Part shown: one piece after another, positions 51,856 through 62,163 of the stretch
Layout: each line of letters begins with the position of its first letter
Numbering within the stretch: position 1 is the first letter of the stretch
IMG/VR virus record: IMGVR_UViG_3300043812_000016
Coordinates: 32,001 to 96,000 of that record
Strand: one strand, 5' to 3'
DNA length: 64,000 bases
From: a virus
Lineage: Duplodnaviria; Caudoviricetes
Made by a program: the position numbers and the translations under genes
The notes under the pieces: generated by a model
Database searches by the model: none
Seen by the model: only the letters and a program-made list of their open reading frames with translations
What the model was told of the DNA's origin: nothing

Positions 51856-54800
51856 GTGAAAATTTTGCCAAAAATAGATATTGGTGCTTATCGACAAGTA
51901 GCAAGTAAAAAGAAGAAACCTTTTCATGTAGACTCTAAGTCTGCTGGACAAGCACTAGATCATAAACAAATTAAATCACATATAGATGTAGGTGCTTATG
52001 GTGGAGTATCAGACGCTTATAAGAATAAAGGTCATAAGTCTGGTTCTTCTAAAGGCGGGGACGATAAAGATATTTCAAAGGCTGATGAAAACTATAAACA
52101 AATAATGCAGGAGTCTTTGAATTTAAGACAAACTCCTACCCCTCGTTATCCTACTCATATAGACCATAAGCCGGGTGATATAGCTAAATATGGTTCTATT
52201 TCAACGTCTGGTTATTTACAGGTAACGGTAGCAACTATTTCGGGTACTTATCCTTTAGTCCCCCGTTCTGTGTCTCATCAAATTCCAGATGATACACAAG
52301 ATAAATTAATTGCTGATCTAATTTCAGTGCAAGTACAAAATGATATGCAAAATGATATTCCAACTTTGACTATGATTTTAGGCAATAGTCATGATTGGTC
52401 TTCCCTTTTTGCTGTTAATGATTTAATTCGGGTAGACTATATCTTACCAGACAAACAGTATCGTCAATTTGATAAGTGTATTTATACTGGTTTAGTTTCT
52501 AATTTAACTCGTAATGCTAATTACAATGGAGCGCAAGAAACTTATACGGTTGTAGGTCAAGGTATGGCTAAGATTATGAGTAATATTCAGTTGTCTACTT
52601 TTTCTGATTTACAGTCTAACCTTAATGGTTATCAACTGCTCCCAGACGATGAAAAGACGGGGATTGGTTTTAAGCAACATACGTCTGCTAATATTATTAA
52701 GCAGATTATTAATCGATTTGTTTTGCAAAACCAAGGTGGAGTAAATACCTATGATTACTTAAATGGTCAAGGTGGTCGAGATATTACTGATCGGGCTACT
52801 CCAGTTAAAGCAGGTGTAGTTAATGATTTTATGGGTCAACCAAAGAGCCAAGCTGATTATCAAGCTTATTTAGATTCTTTACCAGATAAGAATGGTAATA
52901 CCGCCGATGGTTCAGACCAGAATTCAGATACAGACCAGAATGGGAAGAATAATGATCCAGAAACTAATAATCAAGTTAGTTGGTTAAATATCCCCATGCA
53001 GGTATCGGAAAATGGAGAATTACCTATTCAGAACTTAATTGAGTTTTATATCTACGAGAATTTAGACGAGTCCTACCCAGACGCAGGCCCAAGCAATCCA
53101 TTCTTAAATTATAATGGTTCCATTCTCCAGTTTATTAAAGACGTTTCTGCTAAGCCTTTTAATGAAATGTATTGGACGCACGATCGTGGGTTAGCTACTT
53201 TTAATTACCGCCCTACACCGTTTGATCCCGAAAATTGGATGGGCTTGCCTGTTAATGAAATTGCTCCCGGTGATATTATGAGCGTTAATATTCAAAACAA
53301 TGACCAAGAGCAGGCTTCGATCTTTAAGCTTACGCCTACACAAGGTATGGGGATAGATCAGTATGACGGAGGCTTTACAGGGAATATGGCACCATTAACT
53401 AATATGGAGCTTATTCACCGTTATGGTTATAAGTTAATGAATGTACAAGTTGATTACTTTAATGGTAATAAACAAGAGGATCCACTGTCACAAGTAACAG
53501 CAGGGACGACTAATGCAGACAGTGAAGCTATGAAAGGGTGGACTCAAGAAGAAGCTATGCTTCATGCTCCTTATTACACATCTGTAGTTGATGCTTTTTA
53601 TTATACTAGTGGACGTAAGGCTAACGGAGAAGATATTTCTATTCCTAAAGAAGCTGGTGGATCTGCTCAGTATAATGCTGTAAATGAAGCGATTAAAGCT
53701 TCTGGTAATGCTTATGATTTTGCTCGTTCGGTTGCTGGGTTAGGAATTAGTCAAGAAGACGCTAATACACTATGGACAATGCGTAATCACTTTAATCGCA
53801 CTAGCTACCTTAGTGTGATGATGCCTAATTACACTCCTACTAATACAGCTATTTCTAAGAATTCTAAGTATTTAAAGAGTTATGATCGGATGGCTAAAAA
53901 CCCTGAAAAAGCGGCTGGTGAGTTGATTGACGAAATGGGTTATACAATTGGACCAGAACAGGCTTGGGAAATTGTACAGTCTGCTTTAGCTAATGGGGGT
54001 AAGCCTAGTGAGGCTGATTATGACCGGATTATGAATTCAGTTCCTTTTGACCAAGGACATGATGGTATTAATGGATCACCAGATAGTGGTCAGCAATCTG
54101 TACCTTTCTTATTCCTTAGATATACCCAGAAATTATTTGATTGGTACGCAGATAATGCTAAGTTCTATTCTGGCACGATTACTTTAGGATCGCTTTCTAC
54201 ACCAATGGTAGATTGGATTGGTGAGCGGGTAATGTTTTATGATGACCCTTCTGGTGTCTGGTGGGAATTTTATTGTGAAGGTGTGACTACTAGTTGGAGT
54301 TATGCTAATGGACTACAAGTTACATTGAATGTTACTCGTGGTGTTCCTTTAAGATCTGAAACAGATGACTTTTATCGTAGATTTACTGAACCATGGAGTT
54401 TTAAGGGTAAGTTTACTCGTTTCCTTGGTGGCTACTTTGGTGAGCAAAATCTTGCTACTGCTATTTCCAATGCAAGTAAAGATAGTGGAGGAGATAGTGG
54501 AGGAAAAGGTTCGGGAGACCTCATAGAAAAAGCTAAGGATATTATGAATAATGAAAACTGGAGCTATTCACAACCTATGCGTACAGATTTTCGCAAGAAT
54601 GGTCATGCAGATTGTTCAAGCTTTGTTTGGTATGTATGTAATGCTTGTGGGTATGATGTAGGTTCATCTGCCTTTACAACTTATACAGAACCTAGTATTT
54701 TAGATGAAATTAGTGCTGATGATACTGGTTCAGGGTCTATTGTTGTTAATGATAATGGTGGTAATTCACACACTGCTTTTCTTGAAGAGAAGTGGAAGGG

Positions 54801-54936
54801 TGATGATACAGCAATTATTAATATGGGTGGTCGAGACAATCACGGTGGACCTAGTGGAGATGTTAATGAAGATACCTATGGAATGGCTTTTGCTAAAGGT
54901 GGGTCAATAAAATTTTATAAGCCAAAAAAGAAGTAA
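51856..54936 (+). CDS. Baseplate hub/tail-associated lysin with NlpC/P60 domain
   Basis: KPFNEMYW, RPTPFDPENW, LFDWYADN, DCSSFVW...HT. Confidence 0.85.
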   Translation: MKILPKIDIGAYRQVASKKKKPFHVDSKSAGQALDHKQIKSHIDVGAYGGVSDAYKNKGHKSGSSKGGDDKDISKADENYKQIMQESLNLRQTPTPRYPTHIDHKPGDIAKYGSISTSGYLQVTVATISGTYPLVPRSVSHQIPDDTQDKLIADLISVQVQNDMQNDIPTLTMILGNSHDWSSLFAVNDLIRVDYILPDKQYRQFDKCIYTGLVSNLTRNANYNGAQETYTVVGQGMAKIMSNIQLSTFSDLQSNLNGYQLLPDDEKTGIGFKQHTSANIIKQIINRFVLQNQGGVNTYDYLNGQGGRDITDRATPVKAGVVNDFMGQPKSQADYQAYLDSLPDKNGNTADGSDQNSDTDQNGKNNDPETNNQVSWLNIPMQVSENGELPIQNLIEFYIYENLDESYPDAGPSNPFLNYNGSILQFIKDVSAKPFNEMYWTHDRGLATFNYRPTPFDPENWMGLPVNEIAPGDIMSVNIQNNDQEQASIFKLTPTQGMGIDQYDGGFTGNMAPLTNMELIHRYGYKLMNVQVDYFNGNKQEDPLSQVTAGTTNADSEAMKGWTQEEAMLHAPYYTSVVDAFYYTSGRKANGEDISIPKEAGGSAQYNAVNEAIKASGNAYDFARSVAGLGISQEDANTLWTMRNHFNRTSYLSVMMPNYTPTNTAISKNSKYLKSYDRMAKNPEKAAGELIDEMGYTIGPEQAWEIVQSALANGGKPSEADYDRIMNSVPFDQGHDGINGSPDSGQQSVPFLFLRYTQKLFDWYADNAKFYSGTITLGSLSTPMVDWIGERVMFYDDPSGVWWEFYCEGVTTSWSYANGLQVTLNVTRGVPLRSETDDFYRRFTEPWSFKGKFTRFLGGYFGEQNLATAISNASKDSGGDSGGKGSGDLIEKAKDIMNNENWSYSQPMRTDFRKNGHADCSSFVWYVCNACGYDVGSSAFTTYTEPSILDEISADDTGSGSIVVNDNGGNSHTAFLEEKWKGDDTAIINMGGRDNHGGPSGDVNEDTYGMAFAKGGSIKFYKPKKK

Positions 54937-55010
54937 AGTTGGATTGATTTTTACTAAGAAATAGAGGAATTAGATTCTCTATTTCTTTTTTATTTTTGTA
55001 TTTTTTGTAC

Positions 55011-55048
55011 AAAAGTAGTTGAAAATTCAACTAAAAGTGTTATACTTA
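55011..55048 (+). promoter_or_regulatory. SigA promoter with palindromic operator (copy 2)
   Basis: Identical to 35765-35802. Confidence 0.75.
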
Positions 55049-55078
55049 AAACATGAATTAGGGAAAGGAAGCATAACA

Positions 55079-55591
55079 ATGAAGAAAGGTAGTACATCTG
55101 ATTTAGTAGAAGATATTAATAAGAAATATGATCCAGAAACGATTAAGAAAACGTTGATTAAGTTTCAGCAATTGCAAGAATTGGGTTGGGAGATTATCAT
55201 TGATCCTGTAGAGAATGAGGCTTATAGTATTAAATCTGATGATGAAACAAAAATTGTTTATCGTCCTTATGTATATGCGCCTGATCGACATGGTGAAGAT
55301 TATATCTTGAACTTAGATACTTCTTTTGACTCATATTATAGTTATTTACAATGTTTAGTTGATACTGTTAAGGCTGTTTCTAAGTTAGATAATCATTATA
55401 ATTGTCCTTATTGCTCTATGATTAATGGAGAAGGTAAAAAGATAGAAATTGATAAAGATTCTTATATGAGATATAAGACTGATGGTGATATTATAAGGTT
55501 GATCGTTTATCGGAGTGATACTATTGAACCCGAAGAGGTACAGGATATTGACTCTAGTTATTGTATGATTTGTGGGAGGAAATTATCATGA
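55079..55591 (+). CDS. Hypothetical protein with Zn ribbon
   Basis: CPYC...CMICGRKL; RBS before ATG 55079. Confidence 0.7.
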   Translation: MKKGSTSDLVEDINKKYDPETIKKTLIKFQQLQELGWEIIIDPVENEAYSIKSDDETKIVYRPYVYAPDRHGEDYILNLDTSFDSYYSYLQCLVDTVKAVSKLDNHYNCPYCSMINGEGKKIEIDKDSYMRYKTDGDIIRLIVYRSDTIEPEEVQDIDSSYCMICGRKLS

Positions 55592-55920
55592 GTAATCAAA
55601 AACCAAAAGGTGTTGGGGACGTAAAGATTACCCAAAAAGACGTAGATAATTTTTTCAATTCTATCCACACGGACGCTTTAGTAGACAGTATTAAGATGTC
55701 TTATAAACCAACTTTTAAAGTTAAAATTATAGAAGAAGTTCCTAATTATGCTCCTACTTGGGAAGATATAGAAAAGGATAATATTACTCATCATTATACC
55801 TTAGAGGAAGAGGTTAATGAATTTATTAGGGATAAAGAGGTAATTAGTATCCAGTATTATTCTTATCCAAAGAAGAGTGTTTTGATTACTTATAAGGAGT
55901 ATGATAATGAAAAAGCATGA
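55588..55920 (+). CDS. Hypothetical protein
   Basis: GGAGG RBS, coupled. Confidence 0.6.
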   Translation: MSNQKPKGVGDVKITQKDVDNFFNSIHTDALVDSIKMSYKPTFKVKIIEEVPNYAPTWEDIEKDNITHHYTLEEEVNEFIRDKEVISIQYYSYPKKSVLITYKEYDNEKA

Positions 55921-56080
55921 TCTTTATATGAAAATTGTATTTACTTTAATGGTTATATGTATTTTCGTTGGGTTTAGTATTATGCTCTTTTTTAAGAGTT
56001 TTGTAGGTATTTTTATTGAATTTTTAGCATTAGTTGTATTATGGATTGCAGTAATATGGGATTCTTAGGAGGGGCTATTA

Positions 56081-56293
56081 ATGAAGAAGTTAACTAAATT
56101 ACAACAGATTTGTCCTTATTGTCATTCATATGCAGAAGAGGAAAAATTAGATGTAAGCCCCAGTGGTGATTGCTGGTTAAGTATGTCTATGTGTGGGATG
56201 GTTGAGTATCATCTAAATGATATTACGATAGGAGCAAGTGAAAAATTTGGATTTTGTCCTATGTGTGGAAGGAGTTTGTCCGATGTTGAATAA
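56081..56293 (+). CDS. Zn-ribbon hypothetical protein
   Basis: CPYCH...FCPMCGRSL, same family as 20154. Confidence 0.65.
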   Translation: MKKLTKLQQICPYCHSYAEEEKLDVSPSGDCWLSMSMCGMVEYHLNDITIGASEKFGFCPMCGRSLSDVE

Positions 56294-56579
56294 ATTAGAA
56301 AAAAAGTTAAAACAATTAGATCAACACTTGAGTTGTAAAGTTGTTACTAAAGATGAAGGTAAGTCTAAGTTAGTTGGTAATACTTTAATTATGTCTCAGC
56401 ATAGTGCTGGTGACGTTTTAATTAAATACGATAGTAACGTGATTCTAAAGCTAACAGATGTTAATGAAACCCCCGCTATAAGGATTATGCTTGACTATGT
56501 TGATAAGGATAACGCAGAATTACTTTCAACATTAATTAAGTTGTGTAGTATTTATTTACCAGATAGTGAGGAGGATTAA
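56283..56579 (+). CDS. Hypothetical protein
   Basis: AAGGAG RBS. Confidence 0.55.
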   Translation: MLNKLEKKLKQLDQHLSCKVVTKDEGKSKLVGNTLIMSQHSAGDVLIKYDSNVILKLTDVNETPAIRIMLDYVDKDNAELLSTLIKLCSIYLPDSEED

Positions 56580-56833
56580 TGATACACAAGTACAGAAAGA
56601 TAGTTCCAATTAAAGCTGAGCAATTTAAAGCTACTAATAAACAGATAAGTGATTATCATATTGGCTTAGAGCGAAGCCGGGGTCATCATCACCAAGTTAA
56701 GTCCTATTATTTACCTACTAAAGAGGGGGAAATGTTATTGCATATTGGTGATTATATTGCTACCGGTGTTGAGGATGAGCATTGGGCTGTTGCTAAAGAT
56801 ATATTTGAGAAAACATATGAAAGGGTGGAATAA
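56579..56833 (+). CDS. Conserved phage protein
   Basis: YRK..IKAEQF...TKEG...GDYIATGVEDEHW...IFEKTYE. Confidence 0.7.
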   Translation: MIHKYRKIVPIKAEQFKATNKQISDYHIGLERSRGHHHQVKSYYLPTKEGEMLLHIGDYIATGVEDEHWAVAKDIFEKTYERVE

Positions 56834-57027
56834 TGAAGTTTTTAGAGGGTTTAAGCTTTGGCTGGTGGTCCAGTGGGTTATTATTTTGGGTACTAGTCCT
56901 TATGATTGATTCACCGATTAGCTGTAGTTATAAAACTTTAGCAATTATACTTTTAACTCTTGAGGCTATAATCTTTTTTGTTGGTCTTGGAGTTTGGGTT
57001 TATCTTATGTGGAGGTCTAAGAAATGA
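56833..57027 (+). CDS. Small membrane protein
   Basis: Two hydrophobic helices. Confidence 0.55.
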   Translation: MKFLEGLSFGWWSSGLLFWVLVLMIDSPISCSYKTLAIILLTLEAIIFFVGLGVWVYLMWRSKK

Positions 57028-57296
57028 CTAAAGTTAAAGTAAAGAAAACACGCAAGTTTCATTCAGCAGAGGCTTGGATTGTAAAAGATTGTCAAGGCAA
57101 TTATGTAACGTCTGTAGAGTTCTTATGAGATACGCCTAAGAATGTTAAGACTGCTTATTATAATAAGCCTGCGTTTGATATTCTTAAATTCGGACAAATT
57201 TGTGTGTTTAATAATTATTTAGAAGCTTGTGCAGTTGCTAATGAATGCGGTGGTAAGGTCTATGAATTAGGATTAATTAAAGTGAGGTAGGCTAAA

Positions 57297-57761
57297 ATGG
57301 GTATAGAAGATTTTATTAATCATTTAAGAAGACTTGAAATAAGTGTATGTAGGTTAGATGGTACTCGCTATATTTTACATACTAAGTACACTAAAAGTGC
57401 TTTTTTAGTTATTAATTTAGATTCAGAAGAGCTTGTAGAAAGCTGTCATTGGAATAATTTAAGTCATATAGACTATGGATGCTTATTGTTAGTGATGAAT
57501 GAGATAGAAGACTTTAGAAAGACACCTATTAATTTGCGTTCAAAATTAAAAGAGTATACTATCCAAGTATTAATTGGTAATTCTCAAGGTTATCTTAAAT
57601 ATTATTTACCAGATAGAGAATTTTCTATTGGTAGCAGTATTAAGTCAGACAATTATCAAATTGCTTTTACTAAAGATGAAATCGAAGGATTTAAAAAACG
57701 TAATGATATTGCTGTTGATTGGAATAAAGCAATAATTAAGGAGGTAGACGAAGATGATTAA
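57297..57761 (+). CDS. Hypothetical phage protein
   Basis: GAGGT RBS; FTKDEIE motif. Confidence 0.65.
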   Translation: MGIEDFINHLRRLEISVCRLDGTRYILHTKYTKSAFLVINLDSEELVESCHWNNLSHIDYGCLLLVMNEIEDFRKTPINLRSKLKEYTIQVLIGNSQGYLKYYLPDREFSIGSSIKSDNYQIAFTKDEIEGFKKRNDIAVDWNKAIIKEVDEDD

Positions 57762-58245
57762 ATATAACAGGAAAGATCATATCTTAGAAGTTGATACTCC
57801 TACTAATAAGTTTGAATTAGATCAAGCCGATTTATCTTCTTTACGACAAGCTTTATCTGATTTACCTGCTCATAATTCAAGTGAATTAATTAATTTAAAT
57901 TATTTGAAAGACTTATACAGTAATCATCAAAAGTATCTTACTTATTTAGCTTATAATATGGTCTATAATTTAATCTTAAAATACATCTATGAGGATTTTA
58001 ATATATCTAAATGGTACATTCCCTATGATTACGAGGGTGTGGCATCTTTTTCAGGTAGTGAATTGATTCCCGGATATAAAGATACCATTTTATGGGGAGG
58101 TATTCCTGATAAGCTTATTTTGGAACAAGCTGAATTAGTTTTAAAAGACTTAGAATCTCATGGAATTAAGATTAAAAACTCTTATACCGAAGATGGTGAA
58201 TTGATAGTATATGTAGACGAAAGTATTTTTAAGGATGGTAAATAA
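57754..58245 (+). CDS. Hypothetical protein
   Basis: Coupled ORF with GGAGG. Confidence 0.65.
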   Translation: MIKYNRKDHILEVDTPTNKFELDQADLSSLRQALSDLPAHNSSELINLNYLKDLYSNHQKYLTYLAYNMVYNLILKYIYEDFNISKWYIPYDYEGVASFSGSELIPGYKDTILWGGIPDKLILEQAELVLKDLESHGIKIKNSYTEDGELIVYVDESIFKDGK

Positions 58246-58247
58246 TT

Positions 58248-58781
58248 ATGTATGCACTTTATAATACAAAGACTGGTAATTATGTAAAATCAATTGGTAC
58301 TTCTGCTTTTGATAATGCGAAGATTTATTCTGAAACGGCTATGCTGGCTGAAGTTCCTTTTCTTAGTAAAGATCTTTATACAGCAGACCAGTTAAAGAAT
58401 TTTAACACCCTAGCTAATATGGCTGATAACACTTTAGGTAATAAGGCTGTATCAATTGAAGATTCACTTAATTGGGGGTTAAATAAGGTAAGTTCTCTGC
58501 TTTATTCTACTACCCGTGATATTTATAATAAGGATCTTATTAAAGGTGAAGATTTGGGGTCATTAACAGACACTTTTATTTCAATGATGTCTAGCTATCT
58601 TGATTTTGACGTTAATGCTTATCTAAAGGATAAAGCTACTTATTTAGCTACTTTTAATGGACCAATTAATGATGAATTGGCTAAGAAAGCACAAGAAGCT
58701 CAGAATGCTAAGAAACAAGCACAGGCTGAGAATGATCAGAAGCAAGCTGAGATTGACGCAAAGAATAAAGTAAAGGATTAA
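58248..58781 (+). CDS. Hypothetical protein (paralog of 58798)
   Basis: MYALYN...YT...DFD shared pattern. Confidence 0.7.
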   Translation: MYALYNTKTGNYVKSIGTSAFDNAKIYSETAMLAEVPFLSKDLYTADQLKNFNTLANMADNTLGNKAVSIEDSLNWGLNKVSSLLYSTTRDIYNKDLIKGEDLGSLTDTFISMMSSYLDFDVNAYLKDKATYLATFNGPINDELAKKAQEAQNAKKQAQAENDQKQAEIDAKNKVKD

Positions 58782-58797
58782 GGTAGGGTGTTAAACT

Positions 58798-59247
58798 ATG
58801 AAATATGCTCTTTATAACAATAAGGAAAATAAGTTTGTTAAGCTTTTAGCTACTCGAATGCTAAGTCATGAAACTATTTATGAATTAACATCTGATGTGG
58901 AAGAAGTTAAAGAATTGACTGATAAGCCATATACAGAAGCAGAACTACATCATTTTGAAGAAGTAGCTGGAGTAGAAAAAGGGTCTTTTGAAAATTACAA
59001 ATTAAGTATGCAAGATGAGGAGGCTTATACGGTATATAATGCAGGAGACAAAGCTTTGCAATCTATCCATGATTATTTGTGTATGTTAGATCCTCGTAAT
59101 GTAGATGGTATTGCCGATTTTGTAGATCGGATTCAGTTGGCTATTTATAATGTGACTGACTTTGATATGGAAGAATATTTTGAAGATAAAGATTATTATT
59201 TAGATGATTTAAGAGGGGAGAATGACTGGGACAATGAAGATGATTAG
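58798..59247 (+). CDS. Hypothetical protein (paralog of 58248)
   Basis: MKYALYN...YT...DFD. Confidence 0.7.
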   Translation: MKYALYNNKENKFVKLLATRMLSHETIYELTSDVEEVKELTDKPYTEAELHHFEEVAGVEKGSFENYKLSMQDEEAYTVYNAGDKALQSIHDYLCMLDPRNVDGIADFVDRIQLAIYNVTDFDMEEYFEDKDYYLDDLRGENDWDNEDD

Positions 59248-59581
59248 CCTAGTAGTTGGGTTATTATGTATTATTCTTATCCTATCTGTTGCTTATCTTA
59301 TTAAGAGAGTAAATAAGCTAATTGACTATGTTTTAGGTAAAGATGATTCACTTATCAATCTTAGTGTTCCTGATACGTCATATATTGAATTACCAGACTA
59401 TCTTTTCGTGCTATCAGTTTTTAGTAAACCTATTAATGACCGTATAATTATTGGGGTCTATAGCAGTAGTGATAAGGCAAAAGAACGACTTAACTATTAT
59501 AAAAAGTCATTTAGACATCCTGAAAATTATACAGATTATCGAATTGACCCTATTCCTAATAATTTAGAGGAGGATAAGTAG
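59234..59581 (+). CDS. Membrane-anchored hypothetical protein
   Basis: N-terminal hydrophobic helix. Confidence 0.6.
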   Translation: MKMISLVVGLLCIILILSVAYLIKRVNKLIDYVLGKDDSLINLSVPDTSYIELPDYLFVLSVFSKPINDRIIIGVYSSSDKAKERLNYYKKSFRHPENYTDYRIDPIPNNLEEDK

Positions 59582-60102
59582 TGGAATATTTATTTGCTAT
59601 CTTTTTGGGTGGGGTAATGTTTGGTGTAGGCTTATCTGGACTAGTTAAGTTTATTTTAGTTATATTTAATAATAAGAAAGGAAACTCTAAACCTAAGTCT
59701 GTTACTTATGATGATAAAACTCTTATTAAGAAGTCATATCCTCTTGTTAGTACTCATTATACCGCACAGGAGATCAAGGATAGAGTTCATGACAATCGAG
59801 ATCAGCATAGACAAGACGTTGTGGACGTTTTCTTTAGTCAATTAAACTTTGCAATTAGTCATGACTATTTAGGATCATCTTATGTAATAAATGTTGACTT
59901 ATACGAGAGAGCCAGTCTTCCTGATGTTTTCATTTCTTCTAAGGACTTAGAATTTTTGAGATTATATTTATCTATTTATTATGGATTTGATACAAAGATC
60001 GAAAAACAAAGTGGCTATCACGATGTTGATTATTTATTTTTAATAGTATCTTGGGAAGATCCTAAAGTACCCTTGATTGTTTTTAATAAAGGAGAAGATT
60101 AA
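59581..60102 (+). CDS. Membrane-anchored hypothetical protein
   Basis: N-terminal hydrophobic helix, GAGGAGG RBS. Confidence 0.65.
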   Translation: MEYLFAIFLGGVMFGVGLSGLVKFILVIFNNKKGNSKPKSVTYDDKTLIKKSYPLVSTHYTAQEIKDRVHDNRDQHRQDVVDVFFSQLNFAISHDYLGSSYVINVDLYERASLPDVFISSKDLEFLRLYLSIYYGFDTKIEKQSGYHDVDYLFLIVSWEDPKVPLIVFNKGED

Positions 60103-60629
60103 TGGTTATTAATGACTACAGTTTGATTATTGGTATCATTATTGGTATTTCTATTACTGTTATTATAGGCTTGATTGCTATAAATCGAGAACCTAAGGTT
60201 GAGTTGGAACCTCAAAAGGTTAAATTACCTGAGAAACAATCTTCTGATGATATAGCTTCAATAAAAAATGAGATAAGTAAGCTGTGGAACGCTCTTTCAG
60301 ATATTGGTCAAAAAAGCGAAAAGTTCTTTGATAGCTATAGTGATAGATTAGTAAGTGTTGAACAGCATATAGGTACTGATTTAAAGAACGATGATCCTCG
60401 TAGACATCTGCGTGTTAATGGGTTTAATCGTCCAGTTGTTTTTGTTGTTAATTATACATATAATGACGGATATGGCCCTTTTAATTGTTCTGATGCTTTT
60501 GCTTATAAAGAAGACGCTTATGCTTTTGTTAGAAAGTTAAAAGAATCCTTAGGTAGTGTAAAAGATATATCAATTAGTCCTATGATTGTTTATCTTGATA
60601 AGGATAAAACACTAGATAATGTGGATTAA
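60102..60629 (+). CDS. Membrane-anchored hypothetical protein
   Basis: N-terminal hydrophobic helix, AAGGAG RBS. Confidence 0.65.
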   Translation: MVINDYSLIIGIIIGISITVIIGLIAINREPKVELEPQKVKLPEKQSSDDIASIKNEISKLWNALSDIGQKSEKFFDSYSDRLVSVEQHIGTDLKNDDPRRHLRVNGFNRPVVFVVNYTYNDGYGPFNCSDAFAYKEDAYAFVRKLKESLGSVKDISISPMIVYLDKDKTLDNVD

Positions 60630-60642
60630 TCTTTAGCAAAGG

Positions 60643-60768
60643 TTGACAACCATGGGTGTATGCTTTATACTAATAATGTTCCTTAATTCAGTAAGGAAAT
60701 TGTTTCAAACTTTTATCTGAATTCTTTGTTTGTTTTTCTTTGGCAGGGTTTGTCCCTGTTTTTTTTTA
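60643..60768 (+). ncRNA. Promoter-sRNA-terminator unit G
   Basis: TTGACA-N17-TATACT; 60719-60734 complementary to 5713-5728; terminator 60742-60767. Confidence 0.65.
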
Positions 60769-60777
60769 TCTTAGCTA

Positions 60778-60935
60778 TTGTATTTTAATTAAAGTGTGAT
60801 ATACTATAATCATGGTTATGTTAATGAATTATTTAGTTTGACTGGCAGAGACTCGATAATTGTTATACATTACCTTCTTTATTAAGATTAGTCGATTAAA
60901 AGAGTGCTTATCCTGTTGGGTAGGCGCTCTTTTTA
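60778..60935 (+). ncRNA. Promoter-sRNA-terminator unit H
   Basis: TTGTAT-N16-TATACT; core CATTACCTTCTTT; terminator 60899-60935. Confidence 0.55.
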
Positions 60936-60996
60936 TTTTGTATATTGTAGATCATACCTGATGAAGTTATAATTAACTTGTATAGGAGGTTTTAAA

Positions 60997-62163
60997 ATGA
61001 GTAGAAGAAAAACAATAGAAGAATTTAAGCAGGAAGTTTACAATTTAGTAGGTAACGAGTATACAGTAAAGTCTAATACATACGTTAATGCTCATACTAA
61101 GTTGTTGATAATACATAATAAGTGTGGCTATGGGTGGAAGGTTACACCTCTTAGATTTAATCGTGGACAACGTTGTCCCATCTGCTCTAAAAAGCCTAAG
61201 GATAGTGCTGAGAGGTTAGCCTATGAGGTTTTAATAGATACAAATAATAATTGGTATTTAGATTATAATACTAAATCTGATATTTTTCTTACTAGTAGGG
61301 TTAATCTTATTAATTGGAAGACAGGAGAATCAGTGAATTTAACTTGGAACAAATTTAGGGTAGGAGGCATTAATGACTCATCTTTTAAATATTTAGTTAG
61401 TAGTATTAAGAATAATTCAGTAAAGAAACGAGTTCAGTTAACTAAATTAGCTATTAGTAAAATTACTCCACCCTTAGTATTTAAACATCATTTTGACTCG
61501 ATTGTTAATGGTAATTATATGTTACTTAGTCCTTATCAAGGTTCAAATAAAAAGATTAAAGTGAAACATCTTGTCTGTGGAAATACTTATTGGGTAAGGC
61601 AGGATAAGTTTATTAATGAGGGCCAAAGATGTGCTTGGTGTGCTTCGCATCACAGCATTCAATCCTATAGTAAGAGACTTAGTGATGTTAGTAAGTCTCG
61701 ATATATACTTATAAATAATAATGAGTTTAAGAATAGCAAGTCTTATGCTACTTATTTGTGTACTCGTTGTGGACGTAGGTTTAAGCAACGTGCTGATTTA
61801 ATGTTGCAGGGGTATGGTTGCCCTTATTGTAATCAGTCTACTGGGGAGAGATTAGTTGATAGGGTCCTTTCACAGGTCTACCAATTAGAGGAGTCTCAAG
61901 ATTTTTACTATGGTTATGTATTGCCTAATAAATTACATTTAGACTTCTATTTACCTTCATCTAACTTAGCTATTGAATATGATGGTAAACAACATTATGT
62001 ACCTGTAGACTATTTTGGTGGAGAAGAAGGATTTAAAAAGATTCAAGATAGGGATAGAAAAAAAGATAAGTATTGTAAGGAGTGTGGTATCAAGCTAATT
62101 AGGATTCCCTATACTATTAATACCTATAGAGGGATAAAAGAGCTACTAGCCTCTTACCTGTGA
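60997..62163 (+). CDS. Free-standing putative homing endonuclease
   Basis: Zn repeats; LHLDFY...IEYDGKQH. Confidence 0.85.
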   Translation: MSRRKTIEEFKQEVYNLVGNEYTVKSNTYVNAHTKLLIIHNKCGYGWKVTPLRFNRGQRCPICSKKPKDSAERLAYEVLIDTNNNWYLDYNTKSDIFLTSRVNLINWKTGESVNLTWNKFRVGGINDSSFKYLVSSIKNNSVKKRVQLTKLAISKITPPLVFKHHFDSIVNGNYMLLSPYQGSNKKIKVKHLVCGNTYWVRQDKFINEGQRCAWCASHHSIQSYSKRLSDVSKSRYILINNNEFKNSKSYATYLCTRCGRRFKQRADLMLQGYGCPYCNQSTGERLVDRVLSQVYQLEESQDFYYGYVLPNKLHLDFYLPSSNLAIEYDGKQHYVPVDYFGGEEGFKKIQDRDRKKDKYCKECGIKLIRIPYTINTYRGIKELLASYL

